A DNA stretch of 61,988 nucleotides, the filler included, from Choristocarpus tenellus KU-1152 (lineage: Eukaryota; Protista; Phaeophyceae), in the NCBI GenBank assembly GCA_964200185.2. It is 10 parts of 10 records of this genome, joined end to end, with 100 filler letters (N's around TTAATTAATTAA, not from the genome) between each part and the next. Parts side by side here need not be neighbours in the genome. Positions count along the whole stretch, not along the records: positions 10,840 to 13,868 come from CAXNAD020022821.1; positions 13,969 to 17,310 come from CAXNAD020020683.1; positions 17,411 to 35,811 come from CAXNAD020000558.1; 7 more parts are not named here. One strand, written 5' to 3'. Each line of letters begins with the position of its first letter. Position 1 is the stretch's first letter. The position numbers were made by a program, and so were the translations under genes. Positions 11,137 through 25,000 of the stretch are shown here, piece by piece. The notes beneath the pieces were generated by a model that was given only the letters and a program-made list of their open reading frames with translations, ran no database searches and was not told where the DNA came from.

Positions 11137-11433
11137 CGCGTGGTACACGCCTACTGCTGCACAACAGTAGTAGTACTGCTGTAGTACAGTATGACAGGTT
11201 TTCTCTGTGTGTGTGTGGTGCGTAGAGAGAGAATATGTGGTGACCGCACTATTCAGGGTCATCATGACCCCCTAACCGCACTATTGGGGGTACCGCACTA
11301 TCGGGGGTACATCCGTCAATATTGTGGTAACCGCACTATGGAGGTACCGAAGTCGTGCCAAGCGATTTTAACCGCACTGTTGCGGGACATTAACTATTCC
11401 GGGCAGCACTAAAGTGGGACCGGACCCTTACTG
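10840..11433 (-). mobile_element. 5' end of a pogo/Tigger-like DNA transposon
   Basis: Minus-strand terminus TA|CAGTAAGGG (11435-11433); five subterminal ACCGCACT(A/G)T repeats between 11244 and 11380; ORF begins at 11136. Confidence 0.7.
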
Positions 11434-12442
11434 TAGATATTTTACTTTGACTTATTTCAATATATTTCTATCGAAAACTTACCAACTATAGATTTGATAA
11501 TTATACTTCTAGAAACTCTTCATTGTCAGCAACGAGTAATGCCTTGACAGGATCTGAGTATCTAATCATATAGGGATCTCTGTGAAAATAAATTATTTTT
11601 ACCTCAAGAAAAGCATGACATTTGATACTAAATTATGTATGGAGTATTTTTGACCAATATATAGGGAATAGAGTGCGTCTGGTAGAAGCGATGGAGTCAA
11701 AGGGTGACAAATGTCTTCAAAATTCCCCAATGGGGAAATAGAGTGCTGAGATGAAGTTTTGGAGGGCTTCAGGGGCAGAATGATAGATAGGTGTAGGCTG
11801 CCCCATTTCACTTGAGATTTTGGTGGACAACCTTTTAGTGTCTGCACAATGCACCCGTAAAATATGAGCAGCATGTGAAAAATACCTTGCTTCTTCATCG
11901 GGGTTTCGAACGTTATGTCACATTTCATTCTGAATGAAGAAAGTATCATTTACTCGAAAGGTCTTCCAATGCACCAACCCTAGTTGTCATACAGTATATA
12001 TAGTAAGTGTCCGGGACAGGTCACCTTTTTTGGGATCTTCTACATTGATGAGGATAATACGGGCGGTCATATACATTTGTGCGCATCACCTTTTGTCATT
12101 GAGGGGAGTTTAAGTGATGTGGTGTGGGTCAGACACACGAATGGCACGCAGTAACCCCGACAGGAACAGTGGATTCAAACCAGCAAAGCCGAGATTGTGT
12201 TTTCTGTTCTGACTGGTCACACCCTATCACATTGAAGATTAATCCATATGCACTCTGACGCTGTCAATATGCACCTAGAAGGCCTGTCTCATTTTTCACT
12301 TTCTTTCTCAGCCTCATCTTTGGTGGTTCTCATCACCCCCCATCATACAGAACCAGATCCCATTACATAACTAGTGTTTGATGACAAGAAAACAAATCTG
12401 GAGAATAGAAAAGGTCGAAAGAATATTTCTTACAAAATAAAT

Positions 12443-12515
12443 TGGAGAATGTGGGTATCGATCCCACTACTTCTTCCATGCTAAGGAAGCGCTCTACCAT
12501 TTGAGCTAATCCCCC
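12443..12515 (-). tRNA. tRNA-Ala (AGC)
   Basis: 73-nt cloverleaf: acceptor stem GGGGGAT/ATTCTCC with the G3-U70 Ala identity pair, anticodon stem CTTCC/GGAAG with loop TTAGCAT, T-stem GTGGG/CCCAC, and a downstream T-run. Confidence 0.97.
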
Positions 12516-13968
12516 ATTATACATATCTTTATTGTGTAAATGGACTTTAATTATTCTAGGTACAAGTTCCATTTTCAGGCGACGGGTCATACGCACATTT
12601 TCATTTCCTTACTGATCTTGGCTCATCGTGCAATATTTCATCTTCAGGTACAGTCATGACTTGACGCCTAACTCCCCTTAAATGGGATCCCTATAAAAGA
12701 GTACTCCTTTGTAAGCCAGGAATAGAATTGTGTTGTTACCCTTTGGGCTTCACATTATTAACACCCGTTTGAACAACAGTGACAATGTCTATATTAGCAA
12801 GAAAAATACGCTACCAACCGTGATGATCAAGACGAATCAGAGTGAGGGTGGTCATCATTGGGTTTTGCGTGAAGAGTAGGGTTTTTTGGACACATCAATG
12901 CTAGCAATCCGTCGAGCAGCCACAACCCTAGTACCGATCAAAACGGAGACGGTAGTTGACACATTCTGATAGGCGAACACGACTTACTTGCTACGATGTA
13001 TTGATGGCTATGTCTACGATACAACTTCATCCCTTCATTACTTACGTATCTTTTTTTAGTGAGTGTACTCCTCATCGCCATTGCAAATAATGGTCCGAAA
13101 ACATTACCTTGATCCTTTATTGCGAGCGTGACAATCTGTAATACTCATTGGTGTTTTAGAGTACCTAGAAATTACGTTACAAGACTGTTACGCCTATTCA
13201 ATAATTTCGTGTTCTGAGTGGTTTTAACAAGTGTGTGGCCACTATGAGCCTACTAAACAGGTCTTACCTATTACAATGCATCATGAATATGCCATGACTA
13301 TGAAGACGAGACAGACGAGAGGCGTGAGAATTTAGCGAGTGTGGCATGATCGGTGTGATGGAGTAAGATGGAGAGATAATGAAGGACAGTGGCATTGGAG
13401 TTGTGGGGTGTGAGACATTCTTTGCTCTGTGACTAAGATTTGTAGTGTCGTACATTGTGCAGCCAATGCAATATCGAAACCCTGCTGCTCTTTCTCTTCT
13501 CTATGAGACGTATGGTCACCTTGCAGGGTGGGCATCCTGTGTGTGTATAGACTCCACTCTATCATAGGCTCACACCATGTCCAGGAAACATCTTGAGAGA
13601 TCGAGCACGCAATCTGATGCCAAAGGACAACACCCGTACTGATAACGTCCGGACGACAAATACACACACAGATCAGATGGACGGACAGGAAGTTTGTTTT
13701 ATACGGTTCATACGTAAGTGTTACAGGCGAATAGCGCGAGTATTTCTTCCCACGCTTTAACCGGTGCGAGCAGTATACGCGCGTGGGGAACCCCTAAAGG
13801 GGGAACTCCGATTTGCCAAAAAGTTGCAGAATAAAGTCTGTAACTCGGGTAGTTGCAAAGGGTCCCAGNNNNNNNNNNNNNNNNNNNNNNNNNNNNNNNN
13901 NNNNNNNNNNNNTTAATTAATTAANNNNNNNNNNNNNNNNNNNNNNNNNNNNNNNNNNNNNNNNNNNN

Positions 13969-14080
13969 GGTGCACTTAAATTATCCATCCGATGCATGCA
14001 ACCAAATCTCACAAAAATCGCGACATGAAAAAATTGGCCCCAAATGGACAGCCACCAACCCCCCCCAGATACTTTGGCTC
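13969..14080. mobile_element. MITE family B, partial (contig start)
   Basis: Right half ending CCCCCCAGATACTTTGGCTC. Confidence 0.9.
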
Positions 14081-14119
14081 AAACTAAACTCCATTCAAGC
14101 GGTTTCAATTCTTGCTCAC

Positions 14120-16687
14120 CTCCCGTATGAATACAACTAGCCTGGTGGTGGAGTTATAGTAGCCAGAATCCTTCCATATGAGGAGTAGCTGCCCTCACAA
14201 GTTGGGAACAAGGTGACAGTAGGCCTTTTTATGGTCGAAAGTGTGTAAAGCTTTGCAACTAGAGAATTTAATGGTCAACAATGAAAAAGATGTAGTGTGC
14301 ATGGTGAGAGGGGCTGGTATGTGAATGTCCTAAACAGAGGGCAAAGAATTCTCATCTATTTGCTGTGCCTTTAAACCATCCCAAAAAGAGTAAAAAACAA
14401 ATTCTCATTCATATCTTCCTTACCACCTGAGAGGAATAATTCTTATTTCGTTTTGCATTAGATAGATGCCCTTTTGAACTCCTGCGCAATACACTCTGTT
14501 GTAAGATATTTTATGTGCACAACAGAACCCCCCAAGTGTAAGGTGTCACAGAAGTGAGACTTACAAGACAAATCCCCACAATTGAGTTCTAAGGCCCTTT
14601 TTGCAACGTACAAGAAGATATATTTCCGTCATTTCTTGGATCCATACCATACAACTGTGTATTCCTCTCAATAATTATGACTCTAGGTAACACGCAACGA
14701 AAACGAAATCTCTACAAATGCGCACCATGTGCAGAACGGGCTGGAACAGGCCAGGAAGGTTCCGAAAATTCTGCTCGGACCTCATCTTCTGCAGCCAGGG
14801 TCTAAGAAGACGAAGGTACTTGTTGGTGTCATTTGCCTCTGCCCTCGCAATAAACACTGCCTTGCATAGTTTTGCAAAAGGACTTGAGTACGTACTTCTG
14901 TAAAAGTTGGGTTGCAAGAGGAGAAGTAAGGATGCTGCTGGGACATATATGGAGAGAGCAGAACGGAGGCAATTGAAGGGGTGCACTGCATGGAAACAAG
15001 GTGGGAAAGTAGAGGGGAGGGTGGATTGCTCGATCGGGAGTTTTCTACACACAGCAGAAATCAAGCAAAATCAATGAAACAATTGTGCATATTGATAGAG
15101 CATAATTCCAATTGAAGGGCAGCAAAGTTCCAGCTTCAATCACCTTGCCAACTCTAGGTGCAAGATACATACAAAAGCAAAGAATCCCAGCACACCCCTC
15201 CCCACCCCGTCCTACTCTGTTCTCACTTGCTCCTGTCCAGGAATCGAAGGACAAAACGAACTCTCTCTGACTGAAGCTGGATAAAAATTCCGTTGAGATC
15301 ATGTGCTTTTTGTTCCCAAAAGTCCAACTCTTCAAGTGGACCAGGGTATCCTCCACCAGACACGAGCAACTCTGGCTCCTTTTGTTGAAGGATCAGGAGT
15401 CAATGATGTCGAATTAGGCTGATGAGGTGGCAAATAATCATTTTTAGGATGCACCCCATTGATACAAAGAGGACTAAATTTCGTCTATGGTGTCCAGGAG
15501 GAGGCTTTCAGAAATCGACCTCAAACAGGCACAGGTGCTTGAGCATATGATTACTTCAAAGTTGTGATAAAGCCTTGAAAGTACAAGTTACACTTGAACA
15601 ATTTTACGCCATTTCTAACAGCTGCCTCTTGTTTTAGCCCACTGGTCGAGTACGATCAAAGTAGGTCGGAATATGGACCTGTACTCTGATCGAGGTGAGC
15701 AGTCCCCCATTACAACACCATCAAATGGCGAACAGAACATAGGAAGAAACCCAGATAGGAAAGTATGAAACGAATTTCTAATCATGTGGGTCGCAATGAT
15801 TATCCTCTGCACCATAGTCAACAATAAAGATAAGCACAGTTTGGACCAGTTCTTCCAACCACAGGAGAAAAGGACAGGTAACAGGTATCTAATACAAACC
15901 TGTTACACCCAAATTAGGTGTTGAAAATTGTCCCATAAAAAGAAAGATGTTCTGTGCATGACCTGCTTGAGAACGTTGTTGATCTGTTTGGTCCAAATGA
16001 TGAGGGATGATTCCAGAGCATGAACCTGGTCCTTATTACTCCCTCCAATATCTCCCCAGCTGTCTCTACTGTCTCGCTTCTCATGTTTGAGTACTTCCTG
16101 GGTCAAATTCAAATTTTCATGATTGGTGAAGTGTGATGGCACTTGATTGCATCAAGTTGCTATCCTTAGGCAATGAAAAGGTACAGATTCACTGACTCTG
16201 CTGTGAAGAGTCAACCATGTCCTGTGACTGTAACTATTATTAGGATTGAAAGGAAGTGATGTCAAGATCATAGGTTTGGATCAGGAAAGGTTGCAGGGTG
16301 AATCTATTGCATCAGCTCAATTTTACTTTCAGGGCTATTGTAACAATCTAAATGTTACCTTGTGTCCCACATTCCCTACCTCCTAAAAACTGTGGTGTCA
16401 ACATCATTCGAAGTAGACGATATTTCGACATTATTATGTTGTCCCAGTTCAAGGACATCTCAGATTGCCCAAAGTAGGTGAAAGCAATGTCCTTAGGAAC
16501 ATATCAGGAGAGTATGAGGTATTTACTCTGGCAGAAGGAGTCCTCACACCTTTGGCAATGATGCATTGGCATTGGTCTTGCCTCCATAAAAGGCTGGGTC
16601 AGAAGGGAGAGGGAGGCACGTCACACCATCCACATGCCCAATAGTGATTTGAATATTTGCCACTAGTGTATCAAAGGTCTCCATTAC
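14120..16687 (-). CDS. Axonemal dynein heavy chain, N-terminal (DHC_N1) region, 5 internal exons, partial
   Basis: Phase-consistent GT-AG exons 16687-16550, 16097-15963, 15378-15227, 14897-14726 and 14188-14120. They give ...VHALESSLIIWTKQINNVLKQ-EPE...PGPLEELDFWEQKAHDLNGIFIQLQS...AEANDTNKYLRLL...LLLIWKDSGYYNSTTRLVVFIRE, typical of outer-arm dynein tails. Confidence 0.92.
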
Positions 16688-17094
16688 CTGCCAATCCATA
16701 TGGAGTGAAGTAGAGGAATAGTCATTTGGCACCTTACCTTGAGGTCAAGGATTAGATTGTCGATATATTATAGCGAGAGATCTACTTTCTTGTTGACATT
16801 GGAAACAGATGTCGAATAACCTAGTGTTATCCTTACGTTATCTGTGCTGATCCAAGTAAACAACATAGCTTATATGTACGTTGATCTTTAGTTTAGTACA
16901 ATACAAGGTAGTAACGTACACAGCGGTACGTTATGGTGGGTAAATGGGATATTACAAATGGTATAGTGGGACAATAGCATCAAGTGGACAATACCCTGCG
17001 GAGAATTAATAATTCAGTGTGTGCCTTACCATGTAATTCAACTGCTAGCTTCCAGCGACGAGCCTTACATGCGCCAAGCTTTCAAGAACAGACT

Positions 17095-17270
17095 GGGTCA
17101 AAGTATCTGGGGGGAGTGGTGGCTATCAATTTGGGGGCAATTTTTTCATATCGCGATTTTTGGGTGATCTGGTTCCATATGTTGGATGGGTAATCAAAGT
17201 GCACTTTTTCTGGTTTTGGTCCAAGTGGACACTCTGGTGTAGACCCCCCCCCCCCCCCCGTACTTTTCTT
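17095..17270. mobile_element. MITE family B copy, right end eroded
   Basis: Starts GGGTCAAAGTATCTGGGGG; reverse-orientation match to 7754-7934. Confidence 0.88.
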
Positions 17271-17884
17271 TCTTTTATTGCCTCTTTTGCGTTTATATTC
17301 TAATTATTTGNNNNNNNNNNNNNNNNNNNNNNNNNNNNNNNNNNNNNNNNNNNNTTAATTAATTAANNNNNNNNNNNNNNNNNNNNNNNNNNNNNNNNNN
17401 NNNNNNNNNNTTTCCTTTTTTTTCCCCAGCCGTTCCCCGCGTTCCAATCCCCCCCCCCCCCCCCCAGATACTTTGGGACAAATATATATCCATGCCCTCG
17501 ATGGAATTCAACTCATGAAGGATGAAGAAAAGGTTGCGAATCAGGACCCTCATCCCGAAATCTCTGTGAAGAGGCCCATTTCCACACTCTGTTGTACCCT
17601 GAAGATCTCTGGTACATAGCTGTACTTTTACATGTAAAGTACAGTGTCCTTACCATGAGGAACCCTAAGATAGCAGTCCCATTACTCTTGCACAGCCATA
17701 TCCTATTATAATAAGGATCTGAGTCAAAGCCTGGTTTCTGGTTGAACAACCAAGGCACAGTTCTTGGAGCCGAGTTACTTCACACTAAGTGACCCATAGA
17801 CTCTTGGGCTTCAGTACCTCTCTCTCTCAAGCCTACCCAAATAACGTTCCCACTCCCACGGTGCACACCTTTGGCCAAGCTTAC

Positions 17885-20800
17885 CTCCATTCTACCTTGG
17901 AAATCCATTGGTACACTCATTGAGTCGCTGAACCCAGAGTAGGTTGAAGCACTATCATCTGTTTCACCATCGACAAAGCGGCAGCTGATTGTGACGTTGA
18001 GCGTTGCACCTGAGGTGGCACTTTTCTCTAAGGCCAGGGCCTGATGGATTTATGGCATTGCATTACCGTCCACCCTCACGTCAACACCAAGGGCGAGGAG
18101 CATGTGGACAATAGTGTAGAATTAGGACAGAGACCATTCCACATGAACAGGTATATCCTCTGGAAAAAATATGGAGGAGAACTCTAGACGGGTTTGAGAA
18201 GATATGTGCAGAAAAGGCAAAAGGTCTCACTTCAAGAGTTATCAAGTCCACTTTCTATTGAGTAACGTAGGTTTTCTTGTACCACTGTACGATTAGTAAG
18301 AAGAGTACAAGCAGTTGTTGATGAGCACTGTTCTCTAATAAACCTAACTGTGTGTTGTGTGCTGCAGATGTACATAAAAGCAATATACGAAAAGGTAACC
18401 AAAAATATGTCTGAAAACACCAAAAACAAAAATCAACAACAATAAAAATGTCACAGTCATGGGCTTGTGAGGGGGATAATTCACTAAGATTTTTCCGTGA
18501 AACACTCGAGATACAGTTAGTCCGCTTTTGAACCCTGCGCCCCAGTCCAAATGTAAATCAGGTTAACTGTACCGAAACAAACGAAAAACTGTAATAGTGA
18601 AGACTTACTTCTGCATCAAGAACCACGCCTTGACCACTTTTTTGGTTGAAGTAAAACCAGTTGAAAGGGGGGTCAGCATTGGCCCTTATCGAGTTTCAGG
18701 GATTTTTTGATGTCATGTAATGTACACCATGCCCTTGCCTGAAATGCAGTTTACCTTCCTTAGAAGGCTGTGACTGTAGTAGCGAAGATCAGCTGTGAAC
18801 ACATTGTTAGCTGAAAGAGCCCTCCCTAGTGCTCAAAACACAGGTACCACAACATAGTAATGTGGGCCTTTAAGACTCACTGACACCCCCTCTTAGATTA
18901 TATCACTCTGACTTAGTGAAAAAGGAAAAAATGCTCCACACATTTGAGCAATATTCCGTGTGTTTTGAAATCGTTTCTCAGTAGCAAGACTAGGCCAAGT
19001 GCTGCACTCATCAAGATGGAAAGTTTTGTTGAAGTATTTTTAAGTCTACAGTATTATCGGTGTTGCATCGAAGCAAGGTTTTGTGTGGTGTACTTGCTCA
19101 TCTCCTAGGGATGTGGGCAGAGTGGCTAAAAAACACATGTAGAAACAACAAAGTCAACGAAGATCTTGTCAGATTCTCTTGGACTCTGGCATTCCGACTA
19201 TTGAGTCAAACGAATCAAGAGGTGGGCAAGTTTTGAACCCTTTGAACCAAAGTATCTTAGAGGGTAGAGTCGTGTCCATTTGGTCACCAAAATTCAATGT
19301 TGCGATTTTGATGTAATTTTGACTATAGTGTTTGTTAGGAAGTGTCAATATCCTTGTTCCGGATACTCCGTTTCATAACGTATACATTTTGCCTACTCCA
19401 AAATATTTTGGAGTAGGAAAATATTATAAATACTCCGAGGGAAGTCAAGCCTCAAATGGACAAAAGGGGTAAAACTCGTACCCTCTACAAGATACTTTCA
19501 CTCTTTCGCATTCTAAGCCATATCTCTTACCCTGTGCAGTACACACTATTTAAATTGCTTTATGTACTCAATAGTATATGCAAAAATAGTGTTCCCCCTT
19601 TCCACACACATTGTGACTCCACAATTTCAGCCAAGGTTCTTTCTGCACTTGTACAAAATGACAGTCTTTTGTCATTTTTCGGGACTCTTAAAATGCAACC
19701 CTGCCTACCTCTCACTTGGTCTGACACATTAACCCTTTCGGATTTGATAGGAGGACAATTTTTACAGAGAATTTCCTTCCTGCACAAACAGCTGCCTGTA
19801 TAATTCAGGGGGAGGGGAGCATCTACTGCAGGGTGTAATACTCAATACATCACAATGCAAGAAGCACATGAATCAGAGTGATCTTTGTTCAAGTTGATTG
19901 CTAGTTCAGATATTTGCTGATAGTTACACAGAGGACAATGCCAGATGTGATTCTATCAAACCTTTTGATTGAATCAACGTTGGATGTACACAATGGGTAG
20001 TGCAAGAAGCTGGTAACATCACATTTTTGAAAACTAATGAGGGGAAGCTGAGAATGAAGGAGTTCAACTATTAATGCTCAAGATCGGTAAGACATGAGGA
20101 TGATCAAGGTCTGGGAAGCAACAAGTGATACCTTAAGTACAGCACGTAGTGTGAAGTATGCTGTGCAGTGGTATGCTGCAAAGGTTGGTGTCTCTTCGCC
20201 CACCTTTCGGACAGGATTGAAGGATGAGAAGTGATTGAGTTTGACATCCACTGAACCAAGGACTTTGGGCTTTTCTGTAGATGACGCCGCTCTACGCGCA
20301 TGGACCACAAATGTTCCCTATGACAATCAATGAAGTGTTATTTAAACCAATTTGGATAGGGGAGGCCAAATGAGTGGTTAGTTGCGAAAAATCATATTGC
20401 GATAGAATAATACATGGCGTGGATCAAATGACCAACAGAGATGTCTATACTCTATCGTCTAATTAAGTATAGTCTTCGTAGGAATTTCATTGAATATTGA
20501 TAAGGATAAGAATCACTCCTGGTTAATTTCTGGGATTCACCAAAGAGATACTTGTCCACTTCAAATTTGGACCTCCTCTCCACAGTGAGTGCCTTTCACC
20601 ACACCAGTCCAACCGTAGTGATGTTTCATTACTTGAACATTCAGTAGGACATACTTGCATAGTGAAGTCACGAAAAATGCAACGGAAATTTACAATGATG
20701 AGATAGGCAACTCTAATTCATATGCAGAGAGCAAGCTCCATCTCTGGATCGTATCTTTCACCTCCTTGTCTCGAAATGCTTTCGACTTGTTGTCTCTGCG

Positions 20801-21437
20801 CAAGGTGGCTGCCATTTCAATACTCTGGTCCCAGCGAACTACTCCTTCCGATACTGGCGAATCGAACGTCACAGCTCTACGATTTCCTCGCTTGAACAAA
20901 ACAGAAATGTGGGTTCCCACAGGCAGACTGGGAAATCATTCATTCGGGAGGTTTTTATCTGTGTGAGCATCTTTGGTTCATGAACCCCACAGGAGTGTGG
21001 GTGACTGGAGGTAAGTTGATCCTAAACAAATATCAACTGCCAACTAACGCCTACCGAACAACATTCATCAGAGCCTGCTCATGTACCTCATCGATGAAGT
21101 ACCTGCAACGTGATGTGGTACAGTAAGGAAGGGATAAGAACAGTTCAATGATGCGGAGTGAAAGGAAAGGCGAAACAAGAAATGAGAACATGGGAAAAGA
21201 AATATGACGAACACTAGGACAATAGCTAGGCTCGGCGACACACCAAGTGGGGAGCAAGATCAGCAGGAGAAAGGAATCTGGTATAGACTATCGAGTATCG
21301 CAAAAATTCGTATCTGCTCACAAATCAGGAGCCTCTTCGAAGATCAGACTTTCGAAGTTCACCGTAAAGCACGCCAGCACCCTGTCCGTGATACCCATCC
21401 CACCCCCACTGACGCGCTTCATCAGCTTGGAAGTCAT
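17885..21437 (-). CDS. NT-type C2 domain protein (EEIG1/EHBP1-like)
   Basis: Phase-consistent exons 21437-21322, 20927-20762, 20317-20204 and 18040-17885: MTSKLMKR...ISVLFKRGNRRAVT...GVVRWDQSIEMAATLRRD...FRDKE-GTFVV...KVLGSVDVKLNHFS...ATLNVTISCRF. A possible terminal exon near 17513-17610 is uncertain. Confidence 0.82.
19244..19503. mobile_element. MITE family A, full-length, intronic
   Basis: Both TIRs present; flanks TTT/TTT; lies in intron 3 of the NT-C2 gene. Confidence 0.92.
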
Positions 21438-23025
21438 TGGCAAGCTTTGGGTGTGTGCCCTTCTCCGATTTCACGTTCAATTACTGCGTACTCTGGAGTA
21501 GACCTCTCTACGGGGGGGGGAGGACAGAAAAATGTGATACAACCACAGAAGTACTACCTACTGATATTAATAGTATTAATAGTACAACGAGTAGTAGTTA
21601 TATGTGAAGAGGTCTATTCTAGTGGTATGGAATATGATAGAGTACATTGTTCGTGGAGATGAAACGTCAGGAACAAACAACGCAACCTCTTCAACCTTCA
21701 CCCCCTTCACCCTACTTTATTGACTGGTTTTTGTGTTGGTGTCTGATTTTGACCTCTTTAAAGAATATGTATCAACTTCTGTCTGAGTCAACCATCTCTT
21801 GTAATATTTCCATTTGAAACGCAACTCTAGATGCCAGACCCATCAACCGGATCTTCAAAAAACGGGACACAAAATGAAGGTATTATTATATCCATAATAA
21901 ACTTCTCAAGGAACCTACGATACTTCCTCCTCGATAGTAACCTTCAATATTGCGAAAACTTTGTAGTCTCCCTTTCGTGATGTCGAGATGTGAGGAGTTA
22001 GCTCTCCAGTCCTCATACTATATTTCGATCGCATTGTACAATTGTGCCGAGAGGTGACACCATCTTCTTCTCCCCAACGATACGAAAAGACGTCTCTGAA
22101 CGACCTGATGATGTGTTGGACAGATGGTAACTATGAAGAGACTGATGAAGGGTGATCTCAGTCGACAAACAGTTGGCTCCCTATAAATCTTAGGAGAAGA
22201 CAACAAGATCGTCCAACGAGCACTGACAAGTGTAAAATGACCAGGGTATTTTTGGTCGAGATTTTCACTTTTCCTCCGCACACTTTTCTCTATAAGTAAA
22301 AGTCGACTGAGCATACAGAATATTTTCACACATCATGATGAAAACACCTCGAAAACAGGACTTTACAAAACCTATATCGAGCGTTTTAGAGAACACGTCA
22401 TCCATATCAAGTGTAAAGAAGCTGACCACTTAATAAAAGTTGTTCTCGAATTAATTGGTGTTAAATAATTCCATGTATGCATCCCTCCCTCCTGAAATTC
22501 TCATCGCACATACATACGAATGTTGTTCATTCTTCGAACCAAGAAAGTGCAGAGATAGCTTAACTGTCTATACTCACATACAACATAGTCAACATTTTGC
22601 ACACATTATTTTTTGCATGGAATGCCTAACTGATTCAGTAATTGGACTAGTACACCAGATAGTGGACATGGCCTAGACATGCCAGAAAATCTTTGATTGG
22701 CCACCAGACATGCTCCATACATGTCAGATAATGTTAGATCCGATCTGGAAAGCGGATATGGACTGGTACCATACCCAGTGACATGGCCAGAACGTGTAGA
22801 GAATATTTGGACTGGTTCTAGACCGGTTCAATACCTTGTCACAAGGACGGGGACATGCACAAGGACATGTAGTAATTGTGAGACTAGTCCGACAGGACCA
22901 TTTCAATTTGTGGACCCAATCAAACGCCCTGGTTTTCTCGAACATTGTGTACTACTGGTGTTCCTTTTACTACCTACCAAGGTCGTCCCTAGGTACGGTG
23001 GAGATAGATTCCTAGAAGTGTAATT

Positions 23026-23252
23026 GAGTGAAAGTATCTTAGAGGGTACGAGTTTTGCCCTTTTTGTCCATTATTTGTGGCTTGACTTCCCATGTTTTTT
23101 TAATGATATTTTCCTTCTCCGAAATGTTTTGGAGTAGGTAAGATGTATACGTTATGAAAAGGTGTGTTCGGANNNNNNNNNNCATCAAAATTGCAACATT
23201 TGATTTTGGCCCCCAAATGGACGCGGCCCTACCCTCTAAGATACTTCGGCTC
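23026..23252. mobile_element. MITE family A, spans a 10-N gap
   Basis: Both TIRs present; AATT/AATT TSD. Confidence 0.92.
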
Positions 23253-24211
23253 AATTCCTGAGTAAAGAACAAAGGCAACTGTAATAATACTGGTGTGTGT
23301 GTGTGTTGTCGTCAGTGAAAGTCGTGACCTTTTAATACTATTCATGTTATTTGATACCTATAATTTGATTCAATACACGAATGTTAATTACACTTCGATG
23401 TACACAATTAACAATATACTTTTAAGTACTACATGGTGATGGGTACTATCATACATATTTTAATAATGATGTATGGATAGATGGTAACTATTGCGTTTGT
23501 TCCGGTGTCTGACTGTGGGGTGTAGGCGGTAGAACAGGGTAGATTCCGACCACAGCTTCGAACTTTTCACAACTTGGACAACATTTTACATGCCCTTTCA
23601 TAACACAATGTTATCACTTTGTGTCATCACTTCTCGGTAATCCCCTAAATGTTAAGTGAATTTAACGCCATAACAAAATGGGGTATGTTCATATAAATTG
23701 AAGTAGAAAATTAACTTCGAATATACGAAGTATATATATCATTGGATTTGATTCCAGGGTGGATATTGATTTGATATCAGTAGGTACAAGATACAATCTG
23801 GAATCATAAAGGGCCACAATAGGTAGGCATTGATCGTCCGTGATCAGGAACTTCCACTCTCTGGACACTAGAACAGAGTCAAGGCTATGTCATCTAACCC
23901 ACAATAACTGTAGTCGAGACGAAAACATAATTGTTGTGTATCGCATGCTACGCATGGTAGCATATCATCTAATCGGATCATGTATGGGATGTGTGCATTG
24001 TGTTTAGTAAAACTCAAGTTCGAAGTATACATAATTTATTATTTTATTCCCTCTTCAATCTTTTTTTGAGACGATGTAAGGGGGGAGAAAGGAATGTTCA
24101 TTACCAAGAACTAGGACTTTCCTATATTACACTTATCATTTGACCTGTCTGTGTCTGTAGAGGGTAAGTCAAAATGGACCAGAAAAAAACTCGAGAGGTT
24201 TGATGACGAAA

Positions 24212-24249
<38 letters not shown>

Positions 24250-25000
24250 TAATTATACAAAATATAAAATATATTTTAAAGTAAAATATAGAGGGAAACG
24301 CAAGAGTTGTCAGTTCCAAAATCGAAAGATCACAAACCCAACAGCAGGCATCGATCTATCCAGTCGCAATTAAACATCAGAAGCAAGACCAATCCCATAT
24401 ATCACTTGGCTACAAATAGATAACACCACCAATACACCAACAAGAGTATCCTAGGTCAGATCTCACTCCCAACCAAAATCGACACCAACAACAAGCATTA
24501 ACGGCCTGTTTGGCAATTGTCCCCGACCACTTGCTTGTGGCAAATCTGTTACTGCATTAGGCATAGCAGACGTTAATGAAGTGCTTGAGTTGACCCTTCA
24601 AGTGCCTGTACCACCTGCTGCAAGCGAGACACAGTCACGATATTTCTCTGTTTTTTCTTTACCTTTGCCTTTTCAATAGTAAATCGTAAACATAACATGG
24701 TAATCGCAACTAGTCAACCGTACACACATCTTGTACGTGTGTGCGTTTACCAAGCAACCACAATACAATCAATCTAAAAATAACTCCGTAATCTAATACC
24801 TCAACATAATAAGAGCTATACATAACCACCAGCACTCCCAACAGCACACACAATGCAGAAGTACAGGACAACCAGTAGATTGCCAATTCCCTTCTATTGT
24901 TGCCCAACCACTCTATGAGCATCGAAAAAAATATATATTGTGCTTCATCCTCATGACCTTGGTTTCGCTCATCATGTGAGTATGTTTCCTCCGATAGATC

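Noticed and set aside
13718-13868. Possible LTR start (TGTTACAGG...)
   Set aside because: Truncated by the contig end; no second LTR, PBS or TSD visible.
22018-22440. Possible Harbinger transposase remnant (SPVF, ARWTIL)
   Set aside because: Only two weak motif echoes with poor spacing.
22644-22890. Possible MITE bounded by GGACTAGT / ACTAGTCC
   Set aside because: The inverted repeat is only 8 bp, there is no TSD and no second copy in the window.
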